This document shows, in pieces, positions 1 to 14,344 of a stretch of DNA of 64,000 bases. The DNA is from Hormiphora californensis. Its lineage: Eukaryota > Animalia > Ctenophora. The first letter of the stretch is position 1. Every line of letters begins with the position of its first letter. The position numbers were made by a program, and so were the translations under genes. Under the pieces are notes generated by a model. The model saw only the letters and a program-made list of their open reading frames with translations, made no database searches and was not told the DNA's origin. The stretch lies in assembly GCA_020137815.1 (NCBI GenBank), contig CM035353.1, positions 3,906,001 to 3,970,000 on the forward strand, read 5' to 3'.

Positions 1-301
1 CCTTCTCAGGGGTCTCAAGGCTGGAGCTCTTGTTAAAAAGAGTGGAGTTGGATGCTCGGGATCTTTCAAACTGGCTGCTGCAGTAAAGAAGCCTGCTGTC
101 AAGAAACCTGCTGCCAAGAAACCTGCTGCCAAGAAAGCCGCTGCCAAGAAAGCCGCTGCTAAGAAGGCTGGTACTCCCAAGAAGGCTGCCCCAAAGAAGA
201 AGACTGCTGCTGCCAAGAAGTCTACCCCGAAGAAGAAGCCTGTTGCAGCAAAGAAGAAGCCAACTGCGAAGAAGGCTACCCCCAAGAAGGCTAAGAAGTA
301 A
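1..301 (+). CDS. H1: Histone H1, 5'-truncated by the window edge
   Basis: Frame 2 reads LLRGLKAGALVKKSGVGCSGSFKL plus a K/A/P-rich tail to TAA at 299-301; inverted copy at 10642-11130. Confidence 0.95.
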   Translation, partial: LLRGLKAGALVKKSGVGCSGSFKLAAAVKKPAVKKPAAKKPAAKKAAAKKAAAKKAGTPKKAAPKKKTAAAKKSTPKKKPVAAKKKPTAKKATPKKAKK

Positions 302-351
302 ACGGTGACATTGTTCACATCTTCTGAACGCATTTTGCTTTCAGAAACAAC

Positions 352-367
352 GGCTTTTTTCAAAGCC
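352..367 (+). promoter_or_regulatory. Histone 3' stem-loop (H1)
   Basis: GGCTTT-TTTC-AAAGCC followed by ACCCA and a downstream AAAGAA. Confidence 0.92.
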
Positions 368-598
368 ACCCAAATACCTCAAAGAAATCCCTCGATTATT
401 TTATCGTCCCTTCTCAACATGACCCATGATTGGTACAAAGTTGAAAGCTTTCCGGATTCACTAAAATATCTTGGATATATGGAGCATGATTAGTCCACAA
501 ATCATATTGAAATGTGAGTGAACCGTCTGGGCTAAATGCAACGTTTTTAGGTTTTAATTTTCGCTGCCCGGGTTACCCTGGGTACCCTACACCCATGC

Positions 599-668
599 TT
601 GGTATCCAAGACACCTCACACTCAGGCCGCTTCGCGCGCCGGCAAGGGATGGGTAACTTCGTTACCAA
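599..668 (+). mobile_element. Tiny hairpin-rich non-autonomous element with 9-bp TSD
   Basis: TTGGTATC...GTTACCAA ends, flanked by CACCCATGC on both sides. Confidence 0.85.
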
Positions 669-1073
669 CACCCATGCCATGACGTGATTGCTGCGTCTAG
701 AGCCGAACCGAACACGCTTATTAGGCGCCCCAGCACGTCCACGTCCAATCAGTTTTGGTACGAGTGGCCTTGCTAAGGCGGAGTAAAATCCCACAAAATT
801 GTGACTCGAGTTGTGACTCGAGTTGGTTACCAACTAGGGTCTCCCTGAGCAAAATTTACTATTTCACTATTTCGTATACGTTTACAAATTTTGTCTCAAC
901 TAACAACCAGGCTGAACGCTGATCATTTATACTCTGGCAGTATTCTATGCATAAAGCTCGGTAAACCAATTGATATTCAGAAGGTGAAAATGGGAAATGT
1001 GATGTTGGGTGTGACAGGAAATTAAAAATGTGAATAGAAAAGGTATTTGATCGGTTCTTTTTCAAGATTGGGT

Positions 1074-1089
1074 GGCTTTGAAAAAAGCC
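1074..1089 (-). promoter_or_regulatory. Histone 3' stem-loop (H4)
   Basis: Reverse complement is GGCTTTTTTCAAAGCC-ACCCA. Confidence 0.92.
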
Positions 1090-1133
1090 GTTTTCGGTAT
1101 CGGGCAAGCCCGATACCTTGGATATCGGGGTAT

Positions 1134-2209
<1,076 letters not shown>

Positions 2210-2254
2210 GTATTTAGGTTCTCTCCTGTTGTTACGGCTTCGTAACAACAAAAC

Positions 2255-2270
2255 GGTGCTTTTCAGCGCC
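2255..2270 (+). promoter_or_regulatory. Histone 3' stem-loop (H3)
   Basis: GGTGCT-TTTC-AGCGCC-ACCCA. Confidence 0.9.
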
Positions 2271-2744
2271 ACCCAAATCTAACAAAAGAAATTCCCCGTG
2301 TCAAATCCTGACCCCACCCTCTTCTATAAAGCACGGCCCATGTCTCACTCCACTATAGTTCTGATCAATCGTTGCAGTCCGCTGTCAACTTGTCAAGTAG
2401 TGACTGTAAGTTCATCGCATGACAAAGTTAGGGCGGTAGACTTAATATTGCATAGACTGGTTCCGTTCGCGCTTAAAAATTGCGATTCGAGAATATTTTC
2501 TCGCTTACAAATCGCGATTTGAGGAAATTTTCTCGGTTGGATTCGTGAAAAAATAATTTTCTGGGAATTTTCTCGCCAACAAATTACGTCGGGATTACGT
2601 TTCGAGAAATCGGGTTCACCGAGGGCGTAGACAAGAAATTGCGAATCGGACAACTTTCTCTCTTAGAAATTGCGATTCGAATATCGGTTTATTTTTATTT
2701 TTGGTCGTAATGAACCTTTCAAGAGTTTCTTTTTGAATTTGGGT

Positions 2745-2760
2745 GGCGCTGAAAAGCACC
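2745..2760 (-). promoter_or_regulatory. Histone 3' stem-loop (H2A)
   Basis: Reverse complement is GGTGCTTTTCAGCGCC-ACCCA. Confidence 0.9.
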
Positions 2761-2809
2761 TTTTTGCCAGTTTCTCCAGAGGAAAAACTGGCGGTAAACC
2801 GATGAAAGT

Positions 2810-3256
<447 letters not shown>

Positions 3257-3260
3257 TCAA

Positions 3261-4925
3261 GATACATTCCGCGCATAAGTCGGAACCACATTTTGTGCTT
3301 GGTATCGAAGACACCTCACACTCTCACACCTCACACTCAGGCCGCTTCGCGGCCTTCGTTTGGCGTGCTTCGCACGCCGCGCCGGCAAGGGAGGGGTAAC
3401 TTCGTTACCAAATTTTGTGCATGGAATCGCTACAGTTTTTAAACAAAAAGCCTTTCAGCCATTTTAAAGCTTCTACAGGCTAGTACAAAATGATCTCCAT
3501 CTTTCCATATGTGATTTGCCACATTTGGATGAAAAATGGCTCTGAAAGAGGCTGGTCGGAACCACATTTTTGAACATGCTGATTTTCCCGAATTTTTTAA
3601 AACACCGATTCCTGTGAAAATACAATCAATACAGCAAATAATTTTACACCACTCGATAGATAATTGTCCAAATATTATCCTAATGTGTTTGAAATCTGGA
3701 AAAACCATCTGGTTTGTGTGTGAGCGGCACTCCAAGTTGCGCAAAGGCTCTGGTCGGAGAAACATGTCGGAGAAACATGTCGGAGAAACAGCAGAATTCA
3801 ATTTTCGGGCATTTCTCTTGCTTTTTTGAACTTAATTTTTGTATAGCCGTATTAAGCAAGTAAAGAGTATCTAAATGCAACCTTTTTTGTTTGAAAATAG
3901 GCAAAATTTAGATTTTTTATTTTTTCCGAACTACCCTTTTTTGACCAGTATTAAATTCATTATCAACGCCATTTACAGGGCTTGTAAAGGACTGAAAAAG
4001 CTGTTGTAAGTATTTGAATACTTGGCGAAGCCATTCAGAGGGTCCCCTTTTGATTTCAACCAATTTATATGGTCGAAAATAGTTTTTTGAGTGGAAAAAG
4101 ACTAAATTTCCTGCTTTTTATCGCCATTTGAATGATCAAATCCTTCAGAAGCTGTGATTTATGGATTAATGTGGTCGTATATCAAATTATAGCAATGGAA
4201 ATCAAGCAGGAGAGAAATGGCAGCCTAAAATCATAACTCTGGCTAAAAAATGAGGATTTTGTCGAAAAAAAGGCCTAAAATGTCCCGAAAAAAGAGAAAA
4301 ATCGTTTTAAATAAGTTAATTTGGCTACATTAGGTTTTACACAAAGTAAACAGCCTTTTTCAGGGGGTTTTCATGTGTGACATGTTTGGTCGGAACCACA
4401 GTTTTGGTCGGAACCACAAAAACCGGGGGCTTGCTGTGCAAAAGTTATAACAGCTGGGGGAAAACTTTTGGTTGCATGGGCCATCTTAAGCAATAATTCA
4501 GAGCTTTACAAAAAATGGTACGGACAGAAGGTTGGGAACTTGGTCAAATGGTAACTTTTTCCACTTTTCAGTATGTCGGAACCACACAAAATTTACCGAC
4601 AAATAAAATTTTTCTGGTAGCTTCTGGGGGTGATTTTTTGGGCTCAGGGACAAGTTTAATCGATTCTAAAACGGTATTGGCTTTGATCAAAGAGCAGGAT
4701 CGCTGAATTAAAGGTGAAAAGGGTGTTTGGAAAATTTTGGTCTTTGCAAAAAATATTGAACCTCCATATTGCCGACTTCACCCCGAATCACCCAGAAACC
4801 CCATGAAACCCCAAAATACCTGGATCGGACCCCCTTAACAATTGTCTAACCAACAGAACATGCCCCAATCCCTATTTCCTTGTTTCATTTTCTCATTTTT
4901 TGGACCTTGTGACCTGGAATGTATC
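3261..4925 (+). mobile_element. Non-autonomous TIR DNA element (1.67 kb), superfamily unassigned
   Basis: Perfect 10-bp TIR GATACATTCC/GGAATGTATC; internal GTCGGAACCACA repeats; absent from the homologous site in the other arm (7701-7719); short CA/CAA duplication. Confidence 0.85.
3299..3411 (+). mobile_element. Tiny hairpin-rich element with 9-bp TSD (nested)
   Basis: Same ends as 599-668; TSD ATTTTGTGC. Confidence 0.85.
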
Positions 4926-5180
4926 GCAATTCTGGTATTTATGGATAATGTGTCGGATTTTAAACAGCCAATGAGAGATCTCTATTTTAAAAAACTGCTC
5001 ACCCATTGGCTAGCGCTAATAGCCGATTAGCAACCTCCCTATTGGGCTTGCCATAGCAGCATGTCCAATGAGATTGAGCCAGTTCGCGCGCTTTCCTCTC
5101 ATTGGCTGGCTGTAAAAGTCTGTACTCTCATTGGTTTACTTGTTTCACAGAATCCGATGCTGTTTAAATAGCGTCGCTCC
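4926..5180. promoter_or_regulatory. H2A/H2B bidirectional promoter, copy 1 (still adjacent to H2B)
   Basis: Multiple CCAAT/ATTGG boxes; TAAATA at both ends (4936-4941 minus, 5165-5170 plus). Confidence 0.85.
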
Positions 5181-5242
5181 GAGCAACCAGCCTAACAATT
5201 CATATCTAGCTGAAAACCTCAACTGCAACTCTCAACTTCAAC

Positions 5243-5617
5243 ATGCCCCCTGTTTCTGGAAAGAAAGCCGAGAAGAAGGCAGGCAAGAAAGCCGGCCGTG
5301 TCGGAGGAGACAAGAAACGAAGGAAGAAGAGGAAGGAGTCTTACTCCATCTACATCTACAAGGTCCTCAAGCAGGTCCACCCTGACACTGGTGTCAGCTC
5401 CAAGGCCATGTCCATCATGAACTCTTTCGTCAACGACATCTTTGAGAGGATCGCCGGAGAGGCCTCTCGACTGGGACACTACAACAAGCGAAAGACCATC
5501 TCTTCTAGAGAGGTCCAGACCGCCGTCAGGCTGCTTTTGCCTGGTGAACTTGCCAAACACGCAGTCTCCGAAGGCACCAAGGCTGTGACCAAGTACACTT
5601 CCTCTACCTCCAAGTAA
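5243..5617 (+). CDS. H2B: Histone H2B (single copy in window)
   Basis: ...[42 protein letters not shown]... Confidence 0.99.
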   Translation: MPPVSGKKAEKKAGKKAGRVGGDKKRRKKRKESYSIYIYKVLKQVHPDTGVSSKAMSIMNSFVNDIFERIAGEASRLGHYNKRKTISSREVQTAVRLLLPGELAKHAVSEGTKAVTKYTSSTSK

Positions 5618-5659
5618 TCTGGAGATGATCCCGTCGTGTTTTTTTAAACACGGCAAAAA

Positions 5660-5675
5660 GGCTTTTTTCAAAGCC
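5660..5675 (+). promoter_or_regulatory. Histone 3' stem-loop (H2B)
   Basis: GGCTTTTTTCAAAGCC-ACCCA, downstream AAAGAA. Confidence 0.92.
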
Positions 5676-6463
5676 ACCCAATTTAAAAAAAGAAACTGAG
5701 CAAATTAATGACACAGTCCACGGCTGTCACTCACGCTTGAACGGCACTATTGGTCTCCCCTTTTTCTCGTTGCGAAGATTTCCGGCGATGATTTCATTTT
5801 ATTCATATGAGCGAGAGTGTGCTGGATTACGGGAGTGTGGTGGATTAATTCCTTCCTAACTGATGGCTTTGTTTTAAATTTAAATTTCAAAAGTTCATTT
5901 TTCATGAATGAACATTTCTGCCATTCATGCATGAATTCTGAAATATTGGTTACCTTGTTTACCTTTTCTTTGGCTCGAAATTATCTTTCAAATGAGCACC
6001 ATAGTTTTAGTAAAAAAAGTTTTCAGCAAAATTTTTAACAAGCTAATTTCTTCACCAATAGGTCCGGATTAATCCTTCCAAATCAAGCTTTGAACATGGA
6101 ATTTATAGGGGCAATGTAAATCCTTCACTAAATGGTGCTACTAGGTCGCCTCTACCACCAAACGGAAGTTTACCAACCAACTCCATGGGGGAGGTCCGCT
6201 AATTGACCTTAATTGGTCTTAATAGATTTATCCCCCATTTATCCCGTATCTTAAGAACATATCTACCCTTAGGAAAGGAGTAGAGACAAAATTAAGGGCA
6301 CTAAAGTGGTCAGCGTCCTCGAATTAGTGGGGGTAGGTGCTGGAATTAAGTCTCTATCTCATCTGGTTAATTAGATAATTAGATAATTAGGTATGCGCAT
6401 AGCCGTTTGCTGGTCGTATGGCTGTAGCCACTTGGGTAAAGAGTAGAGACAAAATCAAGGGCT

Positions 6464-7457
6464 CTACCCTTTTTGGACCAGTATTAAACTCATTATCAAC
6501 GCCATTTACAGGGCTTGTAAAGGACTGAAAAAGCTGTTGGAAGTATTTGAATACTTGGCGAAGCCATTCAGAGGGTCCCCTTTTAATTTCAACCAATTTA
6601 TATGGTCGAAAATCGTTTTTTGAGTGGAAAAAGACTAAATTTCATGCTTTTTATCGCCATTTGGATGATCAAATCCTTCAGAAGCTGTTATTTATGGAAT
6701 GTTGTGGTCGTATATCAAATTACAGCTTTGAAAATCAAGCAAGAGAGAAATGGCAGCCTAAAATTATAACTCTGGCTAAAAAGTTGGGATTTTTTTCGAA
6801 AAAAGGCCTAAAATGTCCTGAAAAAAGAGAAAAACCATTTTAAATCAATTAATTTGGCTACATTAGGTTTAACACAAAGTAAACGTCCTTTTTCAGGGGG
6901 TTTTCATGTGTGACATGTTTGGTCGGAACCACAGTTTTGGTCGGAACCACAAAAACCGGGGGCTTGCTGTGCAAAAGTTATAACAGCTGGGGGAAAACTC
7001 TTGGTTGCATGGGCCATCTTAAGCAATAATTCAGAGCTTTACAGAGAATAGTACGGAAAGAAGGTTGGGAACTTGGTCAAATGGTAACTTTTTCCACTTT
7101 TCAGTATGTCGGAACCACACAAAATTGACCGGCAAATAAAATTTTTCTGGTAGCTTCTGGGGATGATTTTTTGGGCTCAGGGACAAGTTTAATCGATTCT
7201 AAAACGGTATTGGCTTTGATCAAAAAGCAGGATTGCTGAATTAAAGGTGAAAAGGGTGTTTGGAAAATTTTGGTCATTGCAAAAAATAATGAACCTCCAT
7301 ATTGCCGACTTCACCCCGAATCACCCAGAAACCCCTGAAACCCCAAAATACCTGGATCGGACCCCCTTAACAATTGTCTAACCGACTGAACACACCCCAA
7401 TCCCTATTTCCTTGTTTCATTTTCTCATTTTTTGGACCTTGTGACCTGGAATGTATC
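6464..7457 (+). mobile_element. Left-truncated second copy of the 3261-4925 TIR element
   Basis: Close direct repeat of 3931-4925 ending in the same GGAATGTATC. Confidence 0.88.
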
Positions 7458-7710
7458 GGAGCGACGCTATTTAAACAGCATCGGATTCTGTGAAACAAGT
7501 AAACCAATGAGAGTACAGACTTTTACAGCCAGCCAATGAGAGGAAAGCGCGCGAACTGGCTCAATCTCATTGGACATGCTGCTATGGCAAGCCCAATAGG
7601 GAGGTTGCTAATCGGCTATTAGCGCTAGCCAATGGGTGAGCAGTTTTTTAAAATAGAGATCTCTCATTGGCTGTTTAAAATCCGACAACATTAATAAATA
7701 CCAGAATTGA
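7458..7710. promoter_or_regulatory. H2A/H2B bidirectional promoter, copy 2 (inverted; adjacent to H2A only)
   Basis: Reverse complement of about 4927-5180. Confidence 0.85.
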
Positions 7711-8157
<447 letters not shown>

Positions 8158-8206
8158 ACCTTTATCGGTTTACCGCCAGTTTTTCCTCTGGAGAAACTGG
8201 CAAAAA

Positions 8207-8222
8207 GGTGCTTTTCAGCGCC
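8207..8222 (+). promoter_or_regulatory. Histone 3' stem-loop (H2A)
   Basis: GGTGCTTTTCAGCGCC-ACCCA. Confidence 0.9.
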
Positions 8223-8710
8223 ACCCAAATCCAAAAAGAAACTCTTGAAAGGTTTATAATGACCGAAAAATAAAAATAAACAGATTTTCTAATCGCAATT
8301 TGTTGTCCGATTCGCAAATTCTTGTCTATGCCCTCTGTGAACCCGATTTCTCGAAACGTAACCAAACGTAATCTCAACTTTGTTGGCGAGAAAATTCCCA
8401 GAAAATTCTAAATTTTTTTTCACGAATCTTGATTTCCAACCGAGAAAATTTCCTCAAATCGCAATATGTAAGCGAGAAAATATTGAATCGAAATTTTCTC
8501 GAATCGTAATTTAAGCGCGAACGGAACCAGAACAACAAGTCTACCGCCCTAACTTTGTCATGCGATGTTACAGTCACTGCCTGACAACCCTAAGTTGTCA
8601 GCGGACTGCAACGATTGATCAGAACAGTGGAGTGAGACATGGGTCGTGCTTTATAGAAGAGGGTGGGGTCAGGATTTGACTACGGGAAATTTCTTTTGTT
8701 AGATTTGGGT

Positions 8711-8726
8711 GGCGCTGAAAAGCACC
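8711..8726 (-). promoter_or_regulatory. Histone 3' stem-loop (H3)
   Basis: Reverse complement is GGTGCTTTTCAGCGCC. Confidence 0.9.
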
Positions 8727-8772
8727 GTTTTGTTGTTACGAAGTCCGTAACAACAGGAGAGAACCTAAATAT

Positions 8773-9225
<453 letters not shown>

Positions 9226-9502
9226 TTATAACAAGGATCCTCCGCGTACTTGGAAATTGGCCAATAAGAGCGCAGTACGAGAGCTAACCTGATTCGTTGC
9301 TGGAGTAGATAGCGCGACGCTCATTGGCTCGTCGGGGCTAAATATCGGATAGTTTGGGACAGTTTTGGGATTGAATGCGCGCATTTTGCCACGAACAAAG
9401 ACACAAAGTTATTAAAGCTGATGAGTAAGATAGTATATATATATCCCAGTTGTAATAGGGTTAAAATTAACACAAATTCTGAGTCACAAGTTATCAACTT
9501 AA

Positions 9503-9838
<336 letters not shown>

Positions 9839-9882
9839 ATACCCCGATATCCAAGGTATCGGGCTTGCCCGATACCGAAAAC

Positions 9883-9898
9883 GGCTTTTTTCAAAGCC
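9883..9898 (+). promoter_or_regulatory. Histone 3' stem-loop (H4)
   Basis: GGCTTTTTTCAAAGCC-ACCCA. Confidence 0.92.
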
Positions 9899-10303
9899 AC
9901 CCAATCTTGAAAAAGAACCGATCAAATACCTTTTCTATTCACATTTTTAATTTCCTGTCACACCCAACATCACATTTCCCATTTTCACCTTCTGAATATC
10001 AATTGGTTTACCGAGCTTTATGCATAGAATACTGCCAGAGTATAAATGATCAGCGTTCAGCCTGGTTGTTAGTTGAGACAAAATTTGTAAACGTATACGA
10101 AATAGTGAAATAGTAAATTTTGCTCAGGGAGACCCTAGTTGGTAACCAACTCGAGTCACAACTCGAGTCACAATTTTGTGGGATTTTACTCCGCCTTAGC
10201 AAGGCCACTCGTACCAAAACTGATTGGACGTGGACGTGCTGGGGCGCCTAATAAGCGTGTTCGGTTCGGCTCTAGACGCAGCAATCACGTCATGGCATGG
10301 GTG

Positions 10304-10373
10304 TTGGTAACGAAGTTACCCATCCCTTGCCGGCGCGCGAAGCGGCCTGAGTGTGAGGTGTCTTGGATACCAA
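10304..10373 (-). mobile_element. Tiny hairpin-rich element (mirror of 599-668)
   Basis: Same element and TSD in the other arm. Confidence 0.85.
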
Positions 10374-10575
10374 GCATGGGTGTAGGGTACCCAGAGTAAC
10401 CCGGGCAGGGAAAATTAAATCCTAAAAACGTTGCATTAAGCCCAGACGGTTACCTCACATTTCAATATGATTTGTCGACTAATATTAGTGAAATCATGCG
10501 GAAAGCTTTCAACTTTGGTCATGTTGTGTGAAGGGACGATAAAATAATCGAGGGATTTCTTTGAGGTATTTGGGT

Positions 10576-10591
10576 GGCTTTGAAAAAAGCC
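10576..10591 (-). promoter_or_regulatory. Histone 3' stem-loop (H1)
   Basis: Reverse complement is GGCTTTTTTCAAAGCC. Confidence 0.92.
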
Positions 10592-10641
10592 GTTGTTTCT
10601 GAAAGCAAAATGCATTCAGAAGATGTGAACAATGTCACAGT

Positions 10642-11130
10642 TTACTTCTTAGCCTTCTTGGGGGTAGCCTTCTTCGCAGTTGGCTTCTTCTTGGCTGCAA
10701 CAGGCTTCTTCTTCGGGGTAGACTTCTTGGCAGCAGCAGTCTTCTTCTTTGGGGCAGCCTTCTTGGGAGTACCAGCCTTCTTAGCAGCGGCTTTCTTGGC
10801 AGCAGGTTTCTTGACAGCAGGCTTCTTGGCAGCGGGCTTCTTTACTGCAGCAGCCAGTTTGAAAGATCCCGAGCATCCAACTCCACTCTTTTTAACAAGA
10901 GCTCCAGCCTTGAGACCCCTGAGAAGGGCAGACCTGAGTAGGGATTCATGCCTATCTCCGACCTTGTAGTTGGCAGAGATGTACTTGGAGATTGCAATCT
11001 TTGAGCTTCCGGAGCGATTTGCAAGAGCAGCGATGGCCGCGGCAATCATCTCCTTGTACTGAGGATGTTCTGAGGGCTTCTTGGGAGCGGCCTTCTTGAC
11101 CTTGGTTGGAGTAGCAGATACGGGTGCCAT
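10642..11130 (-). CDS. H1: Histone H1 (162 aa from ATG at 11130)
   Basis: HPQYKEMIAAAI...GSSKIAISKYI...GVGCSGSFKL winged-helix globular domain plus K-rich tail. Confidence 0.96.
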   Translation of the reverse strand: MAPVSATPTKVKKAAPKKPSEHPQYKEMIAAAIAALANRSGSSKIAISKYISANYKVGDRHESLLRSALLRGLKAGALVKKSGVGCSGSFKLAAAVKKPAAKKPAVKKPAAKKAAAKKAGTPKKAAPKKKTAAAKKSTPKKKPVAAKKKPTAKKATPKKAKK

Positions 11131-11861
11131 GATATTGTGTTGTATTCGGTGAAGTTGAAGGTAAACGAGTTGGATTGCACTATCAGTTCTAACCGGGGGT
11201 GTAATAAACACGCGCGTATTCTACCTTTTTTATCGACGTGTTCTTTGCTTCTTGTCTTGAATTCAACGCCGCGATGAACGTTGAGACGTAATTAATACAC
11301 CGGTCGAAAATCACTAATTATGCAATTTATTCTGAATTTTAACGTCTAAAATTCTTGTTCACAACTAATTAGACAATTTTCTTGGTTACCAAACAAGTTT
11401 TTTGAAAATCTACCAACATTTTATACCACAATTGCCCTTCTCAAGACACTTAGTCGTAAATGTATAAAAAATATGTTTGATATCCTGAATTTCTGGAAAA
11501 ATTTTGATAAATCATTCAATTGATCGTGGAAAGATGTTAAATGGACATTTTTCTCCCTCCTTACCAAAATTCATGATCATTAATGGTTTTTTTCTTGGGT
11601 TTTGGTTGCCTTTTAGAATCCCGACTCTGAAAGAAAAAACACCGGTAAAATATCAAAATTTTTGGCTCGGTTAGAAAACTCATATGCCGTCCTACAGGAG
11701 GTCTGTTGAAGCCAAAATAACATTGTTTATTCCTTTTATACCACCAAAGGGAAGTTATAGGGATAGATAGGGTTAAGGGTTTATAGGTGTTTCGTGTCAA
11801 CTTGTTTTAAACCCCGATAGCTATGACTCTACACGCACTTTCCTCCGACCTGGTTCGTGAT

Positions 11862-12642
11862 GTAACGGGTGACAACTAAAAATCTGGACACTTTTCTGTG
11901 AGCTCTAGCGTCTTCCCCGTTTGAGATACAGCTTCAGGCCAGTGATAGAACGATTTTTCAGACAATTTTAAATCAGAATAACACAACGGGAAAGACTTAA
12001 AAGTTCATTTTCATTGCGATATCGCATCACTTCCTCTTCCCCCACCAAAGCATGTATTTCGTGACATTTACACACTTTTCTAGCACCTCTAGCGCCTGTT
12101 CTTTTTGAGATACAGCTTCGGGGCAGCAATAGAATGGTTTTTCAGACAATTTTGAACGAAATTAACTTTGTTCCATTCTCCGTTAATCTCAATTCTGATC
12201 ACAGAATCATCTGTAACAAACCTTTCAAATCGTAGTTTACAGGTAATTTGAGAAATCGCCATTTTGACGATCTCTCGAAACATTTATGACGTGGAAAACC
12301 AACTCCCTGATAAGCTAAAATGTTGAAACTTGGCAGTTGTGTTGGTTATGGCATGAACAACCAGACTTCCAATTTTGAGAATTCTATTTCATCGGGAAGG
12401 TTGTTTCTGATCACACAGAAGTCTCAAATCTCCGTACTACATGCTTTGGTGGGTCAAGAGAAAATGATGCGATATGGCAATGAGAATGAACTTTTTAGTT
12501 ATTTATTTAGTTATTATTTATGTTATTCTGATTCAAAATTGTCTGAAAATTCGTTCTATCACTGGCCCGAAGCTGTATCTCAAACGAGACCGGCGCTAGA
12601 GCTCACAGAAAAATGTCCAGATTTTTTGTTGTCACCCGTTAC
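11862..12642. mobile_element. Foldback/MITE with roughly 200-bp imperfect TIRs
   Basis: GTAACGGGTGACAAC...GTTGTCACCCGTTAC; about 11862-12060 pairs with 12435-12642; partial third copy at 12073-12153. Confidence 0.75.
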
Positions 12643-12701
12643 CACATCTGCAGATGCCAGATAGTAGTACCAACAATCTTGATATCCATATATCCATATA
12701 C

Positions 12702-13663
12702 ACTGCTGTCAGTTCTGAACACTGCTGTCAGTTCTGAACACTGTTGTCTGTTCTGAACACTGTTGTCTGTTCTGAACACTGCTGTCTGTTCTGAACACTG
12801 CTGTCAGTTCTGAACACTGCTGTCAGTTCTGAACACTGCTGTCTGTTATGAACACTGCACTGTTCTGAACACTGCTGTCAGTTCTTAACACTGTTGTCTG
12901 TTCTGAACACTGCTGTCAGTTCTGAACACTGCTGTCTGTTATGAACACTGCACTGTTCTGAACACTGCACTGTTCTGAACACTGTTGTCTGTTCTGAACA
13001 CTGCACTGTTCTGAACACTGCTGTCAGTTCTGAACACTGCTGTCAGTTCTGAACACTGCTGACTGTTCTGAACACTGCACTGTTCTGAACACTGCTGTCA
13101 GTTCTTAACACTGTTGTCTATTCTGAACACTGCTGACTGTTCTGAACACTGCACTGTTCTGAACACTGCTGTCAGTTCTGAACACTGCTGTCTGTTCTGA
13201 ACACTGTTATCTGTTCTGAACACTGTTATCTGTTCTGAACACTGCTGTCTGTTCTGAACACTGTTATCTGTTCTGAACACTGTTGTCTGTTCTGAACACT
13301 GCTGTCTGTTCTGAACACTGCACTGTTCTGAACACTGCACTGTTGTCTATTCTGAACACTGCTGCCAGTTCTGAACACTGTTATCTGTTCTGAACACTGC
13401 ACTGTTCTGAACACTGCACTGTTGTCTATTCTGAACACTGCTGCCAGTTCTGAACACTGCTGTCTGTTCTGAACACTGTTATCTGTTCTGAACACTGCTG
13501 TCTGTTCTGAACACTGCTGTCAGTTCTGAACACTGCTGTCAGTTCTGAACACTGCTGACTGTTCTGAACACTGCACTGTTCTGAACACTGTTGTCTATTC
13601 TGAACACTGTTGTCTATTCTGAACACTATTATCTGTTCTGAACACTGTTATCTGTTCTGAACA
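12702..13663. repeat. Minisatellite with 17- and 19-bp units
   Basis: About 50 units of GTTCTGAACACTG plus variable (CTGTCT/CTGTCA/CACT/TTATCT). Confidence 0.97.
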
Positions 13664-14344
13664 CCCCCTCCCCTGTATCACTAGATCAAGTGACCGAGAG
13701 GCGAGCCTGGTTCCATCCTCACATCAAAACCACCCCTACACAGGTACCTGACGCGTCATATGACGGTATACCGTACTGTATCTACATGTCTGTATCGATC
13801 GACAGCATAATTATTTGGCCGGGGGCATTAAACCCCGTTTTGATTATCCAACTGCGCTCAGATCCGGGATGGGCGCCTCAAAATAGGTGATGAGCATTGA
13901 GCTACTACTTCATTGATCAGACTCACGTTCTGATACCAGATACATTTTCTCAAGATACCTGATACATTTCAGTCGCCGCGTGGGTGCACCAGCATTGCTG
14001 GCTCAGCAACTAGTATTATAGTGATAGTGTTACTATAATAGTAGTAGTATTAATATAAAACTATATATATAAGTTATGTCTTGCGACTGAGAAATGAGAA
14101 TGTGTTCTAGATTGAGGCAATATGACGTGGGACGAGGCTGTTGCCCCAAGTTATAAAGCAGTCGAAAATCCATTGCAATGATCCATCTAAATTTACTTGA
14201 TCAACCAAGACGTCATGTTTACCAAGACTTTGTTTTGTTTTTAAATTACTTCATTTTGATACTGCGAACCAGTATTACTGATACAGGATTCTAGTTTTTC
14301 TAATGTAGCACTAGCAGGATTATATACTCTATAGTTAACCGTCC

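Noticed and set aside
12702-13663. CRISPR-like array
   Set aside because: Linkers are 4-6 nt and repetitive rather than unique spacers; no cas genes; eukaryotic context.
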